A stretch of 64,000 bases of DNA, taken from the NCBI GenBank assembly GCA_965207455.1, contig CBDBMJ010000003.1:128001-192000 (forward strand). The letters run 5' to 3'. Source of the stretch: Bdellovibrionota bacterium. GTDB taxonomy: Bacteria; Bdellovibrionota; UBA1018; CAIPTA01; JAALKR01. Shown here piece after piece: positions 19,310 to 28,333 of this stretch (position 1 is its first letter; every line of letters starts with the position of its first letter). A program made the translations under genes and the position numbers. The notes beneath the pieces were generated by a model. It saw only the letters and a list, made by a program, of their open reading frames with translations, made no database searches and was not told the DNA's origin.

Positions 19310-20608
19310 CTATAGATTATCAACGGAGATAGGCGTTTTGCTACAAGAAGCATTTCTCCCACCAATCGAACATATATCCGTAGTTGTGGCACCCAGTTCC
19401 CCATAGGCGTTCCCTCCCCAGCATTTTGCAGTTCCACCACTAATAAGTGCGCAAATGTGATCATCTTCAGTTTTGATTTCACTGGCATCGCTTAAACCTG
19501 AAACCGTAACTGGTGTATCGCTATCTGTTGTACTATTATTGCCCAGTTCTCCCCACTCATTCCTTCCCCAGCACTTCACAGTACCCGCTTCATCTATTTC
19601 CGTGGTGGCTGTATCATCTTCTAAAACTGCACAACTAAATCGATCTCCTAAAGCAAGTTGACTTGCATTATTTAAACCAGAAACCGTAACTGGTGTTGGG
19701 CTATCTGTTGTACTATTATCACCGAGTTGCCCGTTATCATTCTTTCCCCAGCATTTTACTGTACTGCCACTAATAATTGCGCAAGTGTGATCTACTCCTA
19801 TGGAGACTTGGGTTGCATTGGATAAGCCAGTAACCGTAACTGGCGCTGGACTACAGGCCTCATCATTACATGTATCTGTAGTCGTGGCACCTAACTGTCC
19901 AGATTCATTATACCCCCAGCATTTTACCGTGGCACCACTAACAACTGCACAAGCGTGCAAAGGTCCTGCGGACATTTGAGTGATACCGCTTAAGCTAGAC
20001 ACTGCAACGGGTGTTAGACTATTGCTTGCGCTACCTCTACCCAATTGTCCAGTGCCATTACCCCCCCAGCATTTTGCAGTATTATCCTTTAAAAGAGCGC
20101 AACTGTGGAACTCTCCTGCAAAAACTTTCTTGGCATTACTTAGGCCAGAAACCACAACTGGTGTTGTGCTTTTATCTCCCTCACTACCGCCACTGTTATT
20201 ACCCAGTTGACCATCCCTATTATTTCCCCAACACTTTACAGTACCGCCAATGATAAGTGCACAAGCGTGACCGTGTCCCAAAGAAATTTGACTTACACTG
20301 CTTACGCCGGAAACTGTAACCGCTGCTATGCTATCGGTTGTGCTGTCATTGCCCAGCTGACCAAACTCATTCTTTCCCCAGCATTTTACCGTGCCACCGC
20401 TAATAATTGAGCAGCTGTATTGAGTTCCTGTGGCAATTTGTGTGACAACAGTGCTTGGGTTTGGGTTTGGGTTTGGGTCTGGGTCTGGGCCTGGACTCGG
20501 GATCGGATCCGGTTCATCTGCTAGGTCCGTTATAGTTACTAACGGATCAGCACATGCACTCAACAAAAGAAAAAGAATTGCTGGTAAGATAAAAAGTTTT
20601 TTAAACAT
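19310..20608 (-). CDS. RCC1-repeat (beta-propeller) lipoprotein
   Basis: RBS AGGAGG, lipobox LSAC, PD/PN linker, seven KCWG.N..G[QE]LG repeats. Confidence 0.92.
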   Translation of the reverse strand: MFKKLFILPAILFLLLSACADPLVTITDLADEPDPIPSPGPDPDPNPNPNPSTVVTQIATGTQYSCSIISGGTVKCWGKNEFGQLGNDSTTDSIAAVTVSGVSSVSQISLGHGHACALIIGGTVKCWGNNRDGQLGNNSGGSEGDKSTTPVVVSGLSNAKKVFAGEFHSCALLKDNTAKCWGGNGTGQLGRGSASNSLTPVAVSSLSGITQMSAGPLHACAVVSGATVKCWGYNESGQLGATTTDTCNDEACSPAPVTVTGLSNATQVSIGVDHTCAIISGSTVKCWGKNDNGQLGDNSTTDSPTPVTVSGLNNASQLALGDRFSCAVLEDDTATTEIDEAGTVKCWGRNEWGELGNNSTTDSDTPVTVSGLSDASEIKTEDDHICALISGGTAKCWGGNAYGELGATTTDICSIGGRNASCSKTPISVDNL

Positions 20609-20641
20609 CGTCCTCCTATTACATACTATCAATTACTATGA

Positions 20642-20668
20642 GTATCGGTGAGCCAAAAGAAAACTTTA
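20642..20668 (-). promoter_or_regulatory. sigma28 (FliA)-like promoter of the RCC1 gene
   Basis: Minus strand TAAAGTTT-11 nt-ACCGATAC versus consensus TAAAGTTT-N11-GCCGATAA. Confidence 0.65.
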
Positions 20669-20946
20669 ATTTCCGTTACAATATTTCATGAATTTAGAAG
20701 AGCGTGTACAAGAAACCGGCTAAATCCCATCATTTGTTTTCCTCTCCGATTGATTAAAAAATCAATGCCCCATAAAAAGTAACAGCACTTTAAAAAGATA
20801 TTGTAGTTTTTTTATAAAATAAAAATTATTTATATCGACAAAATAAAACATTTTATAATTTAATCTTACCGACAGTCAACACTCATTTGTGGTCAAAAAA
20901 ATAATTGCAAGCGGTACGCACACTTTTAAAGTAAAAAATATTTATC

Positions 20947-22719
20947 TGTGAAACGGAAATAAGTGCATCATCCTTGCTCAAACTCCATTTTTATGGGTAT
21001 AGGAATCAAGCTACATCCATATTTATCTCTAAGTTACCCGTTCAGGCTACTTTAGCCTATGAATTTCACTGCTGTTTACTAAATTGAATAATAGAATCCA
21101 GAGAAAAAGGATTTTTCTAAAATTAATTCTGGGAATAGCTTAAAAATGATCTAACCGTACGCGGTGGAATGTATCTCTGTTGATAGGTCATCGAAAATCT
21201 TTATTAACTTTTTCTGAATCTCCTTTTTGAATGAGAGGATCAATCGCATAAAGTCAAAAGTTTTCATGATAGCAAAGGTTGTTTCTGTATACACGATAAT
21301 ATCAGGGTTTTTCTCCTCTGGTCGCTTTTGCCTGTATGTTTTTAATGTGAAATCATCAAGTGATTCACACTCTTCCGAGTTAAGAAAGAGATTGAAAAGG
21401 TTGTAAGCAATCGTTCCCATTACAACCCTAAAGACAACCTGGGTGTATTTTTTGGAAGGTAGTTTCTCTAGTCCCTGAAAGCACTTCATTTGGCGGTGAG
21501 ATTCTTCAATTTCTGTGCGCAAGTCATACGTGCTTAAAACTGCCTTTGCTGATTTATTTTTCCTAGTATCTGCAAAAATAATGTTTTCTTCCTCACCGTT
21601 TCTCTTTGTAAAATTAACTAATACACCACTTTTAAATACAGAAAACGATTTCCAGTCCAAATCGTCCTCCTTAAGTTCCTTTATTCTTTGTTTGTGTCTT
21701 GTGGGGTGAGGTGCCCATTTATTTTCTGCCAAAGCTTCAGCAACTGCGTATTTACTTACCTCTAAACTCTTTTTTAAGGGAATGCAGACATCAATTCCAC
21801 GATCCTGCTTTAAAGAGGTTATCCATTTGCTATCTAAAAAACCTCTATCCATGATTAAAACGGAATCTCTTTCAAAATTAAAGTTCTTTACCAGTTCTCT
21901 TCCAAGGGGAAGGTCATGCTCATTGATAGGGGAAAATTTCATTGCACGAATAATTCCCTTTCGGTCGATGATTTCTTGAATCCAGACAACCTTATATCCA
22001 TACTCAGAATTATTCTCCGCATTTTTTAAAACTCCAGCACCTTGAAAACTTTCGAAAAGATGTTTTGGAATATGTAACTTAGTTCCATCAATAATATAGT
22101 GATGAGTTCTTCCAACCGACTGCTCTTTGAATATATTATTTAGGATACCATTAAACCAATCTACTATATCCCCTGCCTTAGTTGATAGTAAGACGTGTTT
22201 TAGAGTCTCTCCATGAAATGCAACCTCTCTAGGGTACTTATTTTTTCTATTAAACCCATCTTCCAGCACTTTAGCTGAGTATCCTAATTTAGCTATTAGC
22301 TCTGCTGAATTTAACATATAAGGTGCTGAAACTAACGAGTGTTCATCATTTAGCCGTTGAATAATCTGCGCTAATAAAAGAAACTCAATAGGAACTTCAT
22401 ATCTTTTTCTTGGATCAGGAAAGGACTTTAATACATCCTGCAAGAACCCTTCATCGAGAGCATATTTGGCAATGGAATCGACCGGCATTTTTTGACTTAT
22501 TCTAACAGACTCTATAATGCCTTTCTTCAGTGATTCAATCGTCTTTTTCTTATCATTTTTTATTATTGGTAGATCAGGAAACATTCTAAAAGGTTAAATT
22601 ATTTTTGATCAAAACGCATGATTATTTTTCATACACGGTATTGGGGTTCAAATGAAGAATTTTTCAACACCGTTTCTTGTATTTATTTTTTCTTTGACAC
22701 GAATTCTCTCCGTTTCACA
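20947..22719 (-). mobile_element. IS4-family insertion sequence (about 1.77 kb)
   Basis: Terminal inverted repeats TGTGAAACGGA (20947-20957) and TCCGTTTCACA (22709-22719) enclose a DDE transposase; no target duplication seen. Confidence 0.75.
21151..22584 (-). CDS. DDE transposase, IS4 family
   Basis: IIDGT, IMDRGF, and YDLRTEIEESHRQMK matching the Y-2-R-3-E-6-K (YREK) signature. Confidence 0.9.
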   Translation of the reverse strand: MFPDLPIIKNDKKKTIESLKKGIIESVRISQKMPVDSIAKYALDEGFLQDVLKSFPDPRKRYEVPIEFLLLAQIIQRLNDEHSLVSAPYMLNSAELIAKLGYSAKVLEDGFNRKNKYPREVAFHGETLKHVLLSTKAGDIVDWFNGILNNIFKEQSVGRTHHYIIDGTKLHIPKHLFESFQGAGVLKNAENNSEYGYKVVWIQEIIDRKGIIRAMKFSPINEHDLPLGRELVKNFNFERDSVLIMDRGFLDSKWITSLKQDRGIDVCIPLKKSLEVSKYAVAEALAENKWAPHPTRHKQRIKELKEDDLDWKSFSVFKSGVLVNFTKRNGEEENIIFADTRKNKSAKAVLSTYDLRTEIEESHRQMKCFQGLEKLPSKKYTQVVFRVVMGTIAYNLFNLFLNSEECESLDDFTLKTYRQKRPEEKNPDIIVYTETTFAIMKTFDFMRLILSFKKEIQKKLIKIFDDLSTEIHSTAYG

Positions 22720-22801
22720 ACTTTCTAGTTGTGTGTCAAAAAAAATAATATTAATATATTTATTGGACCATATAAAAAGAATATAAGAAGAGATCTAAAC
22801 C

Positions 22802-23689
22802 ATGCGCTTACTATACATATTTTTTATTCTATCTGTTACCGGTTGTGCGGATTACAGAAAACTAAACGGGTGTCCTGAAAACTTTGTTGCTGTACCTGGC
22901 TTAGCTGGATATTCAGCGGGCTTTTGTGTTTCCAAATATGAAATGAAACAGGTAGATGGAACTGGTCAAGCCATATCACAACCTAAAACAGCACCGTGGA
23001 ACAATCTAACCCATGCTACTGCCCTCGCTGCTTGTAGAGCTATGGGAGAAGGCTATGATTTAATCACAAACGACGAGTGGCAAGTGCTGGCTAGAAACAT
23101 TGAGTTTGTACGATGGAATTGGTCTGGAAGAACTATTGGATCTGCCGGTGGTATTAACCGGGGAATATTTAGTTTCAATAGCCAGCCTCTTGAGGCCTCT
23201 GATGATGATAATGAGGCTTGTTTTAAGGTTCCAAACCTCACAGGTTCCTGCGATGCGAACACTTGGCACCCTAATCGACGAACACATATCCTTCCTAATG
23301 CTCAGATTATTTGGGATGTGGCAGGAAATAGTGCCTCTTTTGTACGCGGTGCTGTTAAAAAAAATCTTGATTATGATGAGGATAGCACTGATTATGTATC
23401 GCAAATAACAGACGCAAGCTACAGCCAGACGGCTGGTCTAATAATAGGAGAAATAACAGGTGTGGAAAGAACGGCCAAAGGGCATTTTGGTTCTGCAGGA
23501 GATTATAGTGAATTAGATACAGATCCTTTTGGAGGATTGGGTCTAGCATCGAAACTGAATCGTGATAACTATGACTTTATGACCCGAGGTGGTCTTCCAA
23601 GATATCGTGTCGGTGCTATTTTTAGTATGGACAAGGTTGATGGAAGCATTCATCATCAAACTGGTTTTCGGTGTGTGTATCATCGATAA
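22802..23689 (+). CDS. Lipoprotein with FGE-sulfatase/SUMF1-like domain
   Basis: Lipobox VTGC; CPENF, FCVSKYEMK, GYDLITNDEWQ, WDVAGN, GFRC; paralog of 5444-6370. Confidence 0.75.
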   Translation: MRLLYIFFILSVTGCADYRKLNGCPENFVAVPGLAGYSAGFCVSKYEMKQVDGTGQAISQPKTAPWNNLTHATALAACRAMGEGYDLITNDEWQVLARNIEFVRWNWSGRTIGSAGGINRGIFSFNSQPLEASDDDNEACFKVPNLTGSCDANTWHPNRRTHILPNAQIIWDVAGNSASFVRGAVKKNLDYDEDSTDYVSQITDASYSQTAGLIIGEITGVERTAKGHFGSAGDYSELDTDPFGGLGLASKLNRDNYDFMTRGGLPRYRVGAIFSMDKVDGSIHHQTGFRCVYHR

Positions 23690-23717
23690 TTAGGGATCTT
23701 CGTGAGTATGGCTTTTT

Positions 23718-25046
23718 TCATCTGCCTAGAAATTTCTTGAGTAAACCCGATTTTGTCATTTGTTTTAACATCCGGTTGGTATCCGTATATTTTTTCACCA
23801 TACGATTGACATCACTCACATGAGTGCCACTCCCTAAAGCAATCCGTACTCGACGGGAACCATTGAGAATCTTGTGGTTACGTCGCTCCCGTTTCGTCAT
23901 GGATAAAATAATGGCTTCCATTTGTTTAAGTTCTTGTTCTGGGTTTGCATCTTTGAGTCGAGAGGATAGTTGCTGACCGCCTGGGAGCATTTTCAGCATA
24001 CCGCTCACGGAACCTAACTTTTTCATCATTTTCATTTGTTGCAAAAAATCTTCTAGTGTAAAGGCGCCACTAGTAGCCTTTTCAAAACTTGCCTGTGCGT
24101 CCTCTTCGCTCACCACCTCTTGGACTTTTTCCACGAGACTTACCACATCGCCCATATCGAGAATACGGTCGGCTAGTCGCTTGGGTGAGAACAGTTCCAA
24201 GGCATCCACGCTTTCTCCCATTCCCACAAACTGTATGGGAACGCCGGTGAGGTATTTAATAGAAAGAGCAGCTCCTCCTCGAGCATCGCCATCTAATTTA
24301 GTAAGAATCACACCCGTTAGTGGAATATGTTCTTGGAAAGTTTGCACCACATTCACTGCATCTTGACCCATCATGGAGTCGGCAACAAAAAGGCTAGCAT
24401 GGGGCTGTACAACTTTTTTTATGGCCGACACTTCATCCATGAGTTCCGTATCGATAGCCAATCGTCCGGCGGTATCAAAAATCACCACATCCACCACTTG
24501 TTTTTTCGCTTCTTTAATGGCAGCTTTAGAAATTTTTGCTGGGCTTTTGCTAAGATCGCTGTCGAAACAAGGAACTCCCACCTTGCTTGCCATCTGTTGG
24601 AGTTGTTCTTTAGCAGCAGGACGACGATTATCCAACGGTACTAAAAGCACGGACTTCTTTTGTTTTTTCAAGTGACCGGCTAACTTCGCTGCCGACGTTG
24701 TCTTTCCCGATCCCTGCAAACCCACCAACAATACGGAAACGGGGGGCACGGCCTTGAGGTCGAAAGAAATTTCCTCGTCACTGCCTCCCAAGAAGCGAAC
24801 AAGAGAGTCATGAACAATCTTTATCAACTGCTGACCTGGGCTTATATTTTTTAATAGGTCTTGGCTTAAAGCCTCCTGTTCCACCCCATGGAGAAACTCT
24901 TTGACAACTTTAAAGTGTACGTCTGCCTCTAGGAGCGCTAGGCGAATACCTCTTAGGGTATCCTTGAGATCCTTTTCCGTAATTTTTCCCGTGCGACCAA
25001 AGGTGCGGATGGGCTTTAAAAGCTTTTCGGTCAAGGCATCAAACAC
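23718..25046 (-). CDS. ffh: Signal recognition particle protein Ffh
   Basis: ALLEADV, GLQGSGKTT, DTAGR, TKLDGDARGGAALS; GTG start at 25046. Confidence 0.98.
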   Translation of the reverse strand: MFDALTEKLLKPIRTFGRTGKITEKDLKDTLRGIRLALLEADVHFKVVKEFLHGVEQEALSQDLLKNISPGQQLIKIVHDSLVRFLGGSDEEISFDLKAVPPVSVLLVGLQGSGKTTSAAKLAGHLKKQKKSVLLVPLDNRRPAAKEQLQQMASKVGVPCFDSDLSKSPAKISKAAIKEAKKQVVDVVIFDTAGRLAIDTELMDEVSAIKKVVQPHASLFVADSMMGQDAVNVVQTFQEHIPLTGVILTKLDGDARGGAALSIKYLTGVPIQFVGMGESVDALELFSPKRLADRILDMGDVVSLVEKVQEVVSEEDAQASFEKATSGAFTLEDFLQQMKMMKKLGSVSGMLKMLPGGQQLSSRLKDANPEQELKQMEAIILSMTKRERRNHKILNGSRRVRIALGSGTHVSDVNRMVKKYTDTNRMLKQMTKSGLLKKFLGR

Positions 25047-25212
25047 GTTTTTTTTCCCGTATATTTTATGGAGTTGCCATAGTCTACAATGCCACCATGG
25101 GCTTGTCCATATTCTATACATCTTTCCAGTAGCAATAAATTAGACAGCTCAACGCTGTTTATCCTGTTTGAACTCCCTGATTTCCAAGGGTTTTCCCTGT
25201 GTCAAATACCTC

Positions 25213-25242
25213 TTGACTATACGCCAAATACTGTATTAAAAT
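25213..25242 (+). promoter_or_regulatory. Possible sigma70 promoter of the secreted-protein operon
   Basis: TTGACT-18 nt-TAAAAT. Confidence 0.4.
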
Positions 25243-25288
25243 AGTAGTATATAGGTTTCTCAACCATAACCTTGCGGGGGGTTTATTT

Positions 25289-26733
25289 ATGAAAATTAGA
25301 AAAAAACACTCTTTTATACCCTTATTTTACTGGCGACAAGTACTAGGCACTGCCCTAGTCTTTACCCTCGCACTAACAATGTTGCCAAGTGTAGCTAGTG
25401 GCACTTGCGGTACTCAAGGCACACCTGCTTGTCCAAGCCTCAAAAACCCAGCTAGCCCAGCAAGTGGAACAGATTCAATCGGTGTAGCAGATGAAACAAA
25501 TTCAGTAGCAGCAAAAGCAAAAGCATTACAAAAAAGACAGCAAGAAGTAGCAGCAGAATTAGAACTTTGTCCGGAAACAGCACCTGCTGGTTTTGGTGCT
25601 TTCATTGATTTTATTTGGCCAGACCATTGTAATGTGTTTCATAGAGCAGCAGAAGCAGTAAATGCTCAGCTAACACCCGCATGTGCGGGTCCAACATGTA
25701 AAGCAAGTGCTGTTGAAGCAACTGAGGGGCTAAGAACTTCTGCAGAAATCTATAAATGGTCACAACGCTCTGGAATCATAGCAGCAGGAGCAGTGATAGC
25801 TTCAGACGGTTTTCAAGGAGTGGCAATGACAAGGATTCTTTAGAGTCATCTGCTAAGATGCATAAAATAGCTGGCAGTGCTTCTATTGCAGCAGGAGCAG
25901 TGGATGCTGCCTTATCTCTAAAAGCATGGAATTCCGAACGGCAAAAAGTGAATAGCATTAACTGTATATCTCCCACCACAGGTCTGCCAGTACCATCTTG
26001 TACGGCTGGAAAGGCCGCAGCGATCGAAAAAATCAACGAAGCAATTAGCGAGGCTGCTTTCATGAGTACAGCCAAAATAACTGCTGGGTCGATTGCTATA
26101 AAAATAGGAAGCGATTCTGCTAAGAGTGCTAATGACCTAGGTGATATTCCCGAACCCAAATCCGAACCTGGTGGACCCGGAATTATACCTAAACCCGAAC
26201 CTAGACCCGACAATAATGCCAAGTATGACGAAGCTTCATCAGGAAGCGCTTCTGCAATGAAAAAGGAGGATTTTCCCGAGAATGCTAGTGGTTCTTCCCG
26301 GGCAGCAATTGGACAGTCAACAAGTCAACTGGCAGCAAGTGAGAGGACAGTGGGTGAAGAAGATATTTCAATTTCTACTGTTGCTGCCGATTCCAACAAC
26401 TCAGGCTCTCCGGGTTATGGACAAGCATCCATAGGTTCTGGCGGCTTTACCAGTGGCGTGGATGGTGGCTCACAAGGAAACACTTCAGTGGGTTCTGCCA
26501 ATGGTGTAATGGATATAGGTAGTTCCGATGGTGGTTTTGGAAAAATTATAAATTCTCTTGCCGGCGATAATGGAGAATCAGGCAAAAAAAATCATATTTC
26601 TATCGCTCAATCAAGAGCTGCCTATGGGCAATCTCTAAAGTTAGGATCAGGAAGAAACTCTTCCTCTATTTTTGAACGTGTCCACAGCGCTATTAAAAGA
26701 AATATGAAGGAAGGATCTGTTTATGGAGATTAG
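25289..26733 (+). pseudogene. Secreted Gly/Ser-rich protein, frameshifted near 25810 (ORFs 25289-25843 and 25756-26733); paralog of 26723-28330
   Basis: Both ORFs align consecutively to the downstream paralog; one extra T in the TTTT run at 25810-25813 restores the frame. Confidence 0.8.
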
Positions 26734-28330
26734 AAAAAAACACTCTTTTATACCCTTATTTTACTGGCGACAAGTACTAGGCACTGCCCTAGTCTTTACC
26801 CTCGCACTAACAATGTTGCCAAACGTGGCTAAAGGAACATCAACATTTTCAGATAATGGCACTCTATTGGTAAAGGAACGCCGGTGTGAGAAAAAGCGTA
26901 CTCGGCAGGGATTTAAAAACGTTTGCTTTGATTACTTCAGGGAGGCAACACCAGAAGAAATCGCAGCTTTTAGAGGAGAAAATACCAGCGCAGTAGCTGA
27001 TAAGGGAATAGGTGTAGCAGACGGATCAGGTGGACCAAGTTTAGATACAACAGGGCCAGTAAGGCCAGCATCGGGGGAATCGCAAGCAAAAGCAAATGCA
27101 CAAATAGATCAAAGAAACGCAGATTTAACGGCAAAAAACGAACAACAAGCGCTAGCAAAAGAACAAGCACTTTGTCCAGACACAGCGCCTACTGGTTTTG
27201 GTGCTTTCATTGATTTTATTTGGCCAGACCATTGTAATGTGTTTCATAGAGCAGCAGAAGCAGTAAATGCTCAGCTAACACCCGCATGTGCGGGTCCAAC
27301 ATGTAAAGCAAGTGCTGTTGAAGCAACTGAGGGGCTGCGCACTTCTGCAGAAATCTATAAATGGTCAAATCGTGCTGGAATTGTGGCAGCAGGGGCAGTG
27401 GTAGCTTCAGAGGCTTTCAATAGTGGCAATGACAAGGATTCTTTAGAGGCATCTGCTAAGATGTATAGGGTAGCTGGTGGTGCTGCTGTTGCAGCAGGAT
27501 CTGTGGATATTGCTTTATCTCTAAAAGCATGGATGTCTGAGCAGGAAAAAGTGAACAGCATTAACTGTATATCCCCCAGCACAGGCCAACCGGACGCAGC
27601 TTGTACCGCTGGAAAAGATGCAGCGAACGTAAAAATCGACGAAGCAATTATGGAAGCTTCTCTCATGGGTAGCGCTAAAATAGTTGGTGGCTTGGGCGCT
27701 ATAAAATTAGGAAGTGATTCTGCTAAGAGTGCTAACAACCTGAGTTCAGTAAAGTCCTCCGCTCCTCCTACAAAAGTTGACCCTGGCAAGCATTACGGTA
27801 GAGATAATGAATTTGACAAAACCTCAACAGGAGGAGCTTCTGTAGCTCAAGAGGAAAAATTTCCCGACTTTAGCAGTTCATCACAGGCAGCAAGTAAAAG
27901 AGATGCTGGAGGTATTCCTACTGCCGCTTCCGACAAGTCAGACTCTCCCGGAAATTATGGACAGTCGGCATCCACGGGTTCCAGTGGATCCCTCGGTGGG
28001 TCGAATATAGATGACTCGCAAGGGAACGCTTCCAGTGGTTTTATAAAAATATCTAAGGGAGGAACATCTTGGTCTGGCGGAGGTCGTGGTCTTGCCAATG
28101 GCGTAATGGATATGAGTGGATCTGATGGTGGTTTTGGAAACATTATGAGCTCTCTTATGGGTGGCAGTCAAAAACCAGAAAACAATAACTATGTTTCTAT
28201 TGCTCAAGCCAAAGCCGACTATAAGCGCTCCCTACAGTCAGGCAAGGGTGGAAGTTCTCTATCTATTTTTGATCGCATCCACAGTGCTATCAAAAGAAAT
28301 ATGAAGGAGGGAAGCCTTTCTCCGAGGTAA
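26723..28330 (+). CDS. Secreted Cys-containing, Ala/Gly-rich protein with conserved C-terminal motif
   Basis: Signal peptide; hydrophobic Ala/Gly helices; ends SIFDRIHSAIKRNMKEGSL. Confidence 0.8.
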   Translation: MEIRKKHSFIPLFYWRQVLGTALVFTLALTMLPNVAKGTSTFSDNGTLLVKERRCEKKRTRQGFKNVCFDYFREATPEEIAAFRGENTSAVADKGIGVADGSGGPSLDTTGPVRPASGESQAKANAQIDQRNADLTAKNEQQALAKEQALCPDTAPTGFGAFIDFIWPDHCNVFHRAAEAVNAQLTPACAGPTCKASAVEATEGLRTSAEIYKWSNRAGIVAAGAVVASEAFNSGNDKDSLEASAKMYRVAGGAAVAAGSVDIALSLKAWMSEQEKVNSINCISPSTGQPDAACTAGKDAANVKIDEAIMEASLMGSAKIVGGLGAIKLGSDSAKSANNLSSVKSSAPPTKVDPGKHYGRDNEFDKTSTGGASVAQEEKFPDFSSSSQAASKRDAGGIPTAASDKSDSPGNYGQSASTGSSGSLGGSNIDDSQGNASSGFIKISKGGTSWSGGGRGLANGVMDMSGSDGGFGNIMSSLMGGSQKPENNNYVSIAQAKADYKRSLQSGKGGSSLSIFDRIHSAIKRNMKEGSLSPR

Positions 28331-28333
28331 ATT

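Noticed and set aside
20452..20515. GGGTTT/GGGTCT hexamer repeats
   Set aside because: They encode the PD/PN linker of the RCC1 lipoprotein.
20887..22749. Imperfect direct repeat TTGTG(T)GTCAAAAAAATAAT on both sides of the IS4 element as a target-site duplication
   Set aside because: Not adjacent to the inverted repeats, and AT-rich enough to arise by chance.
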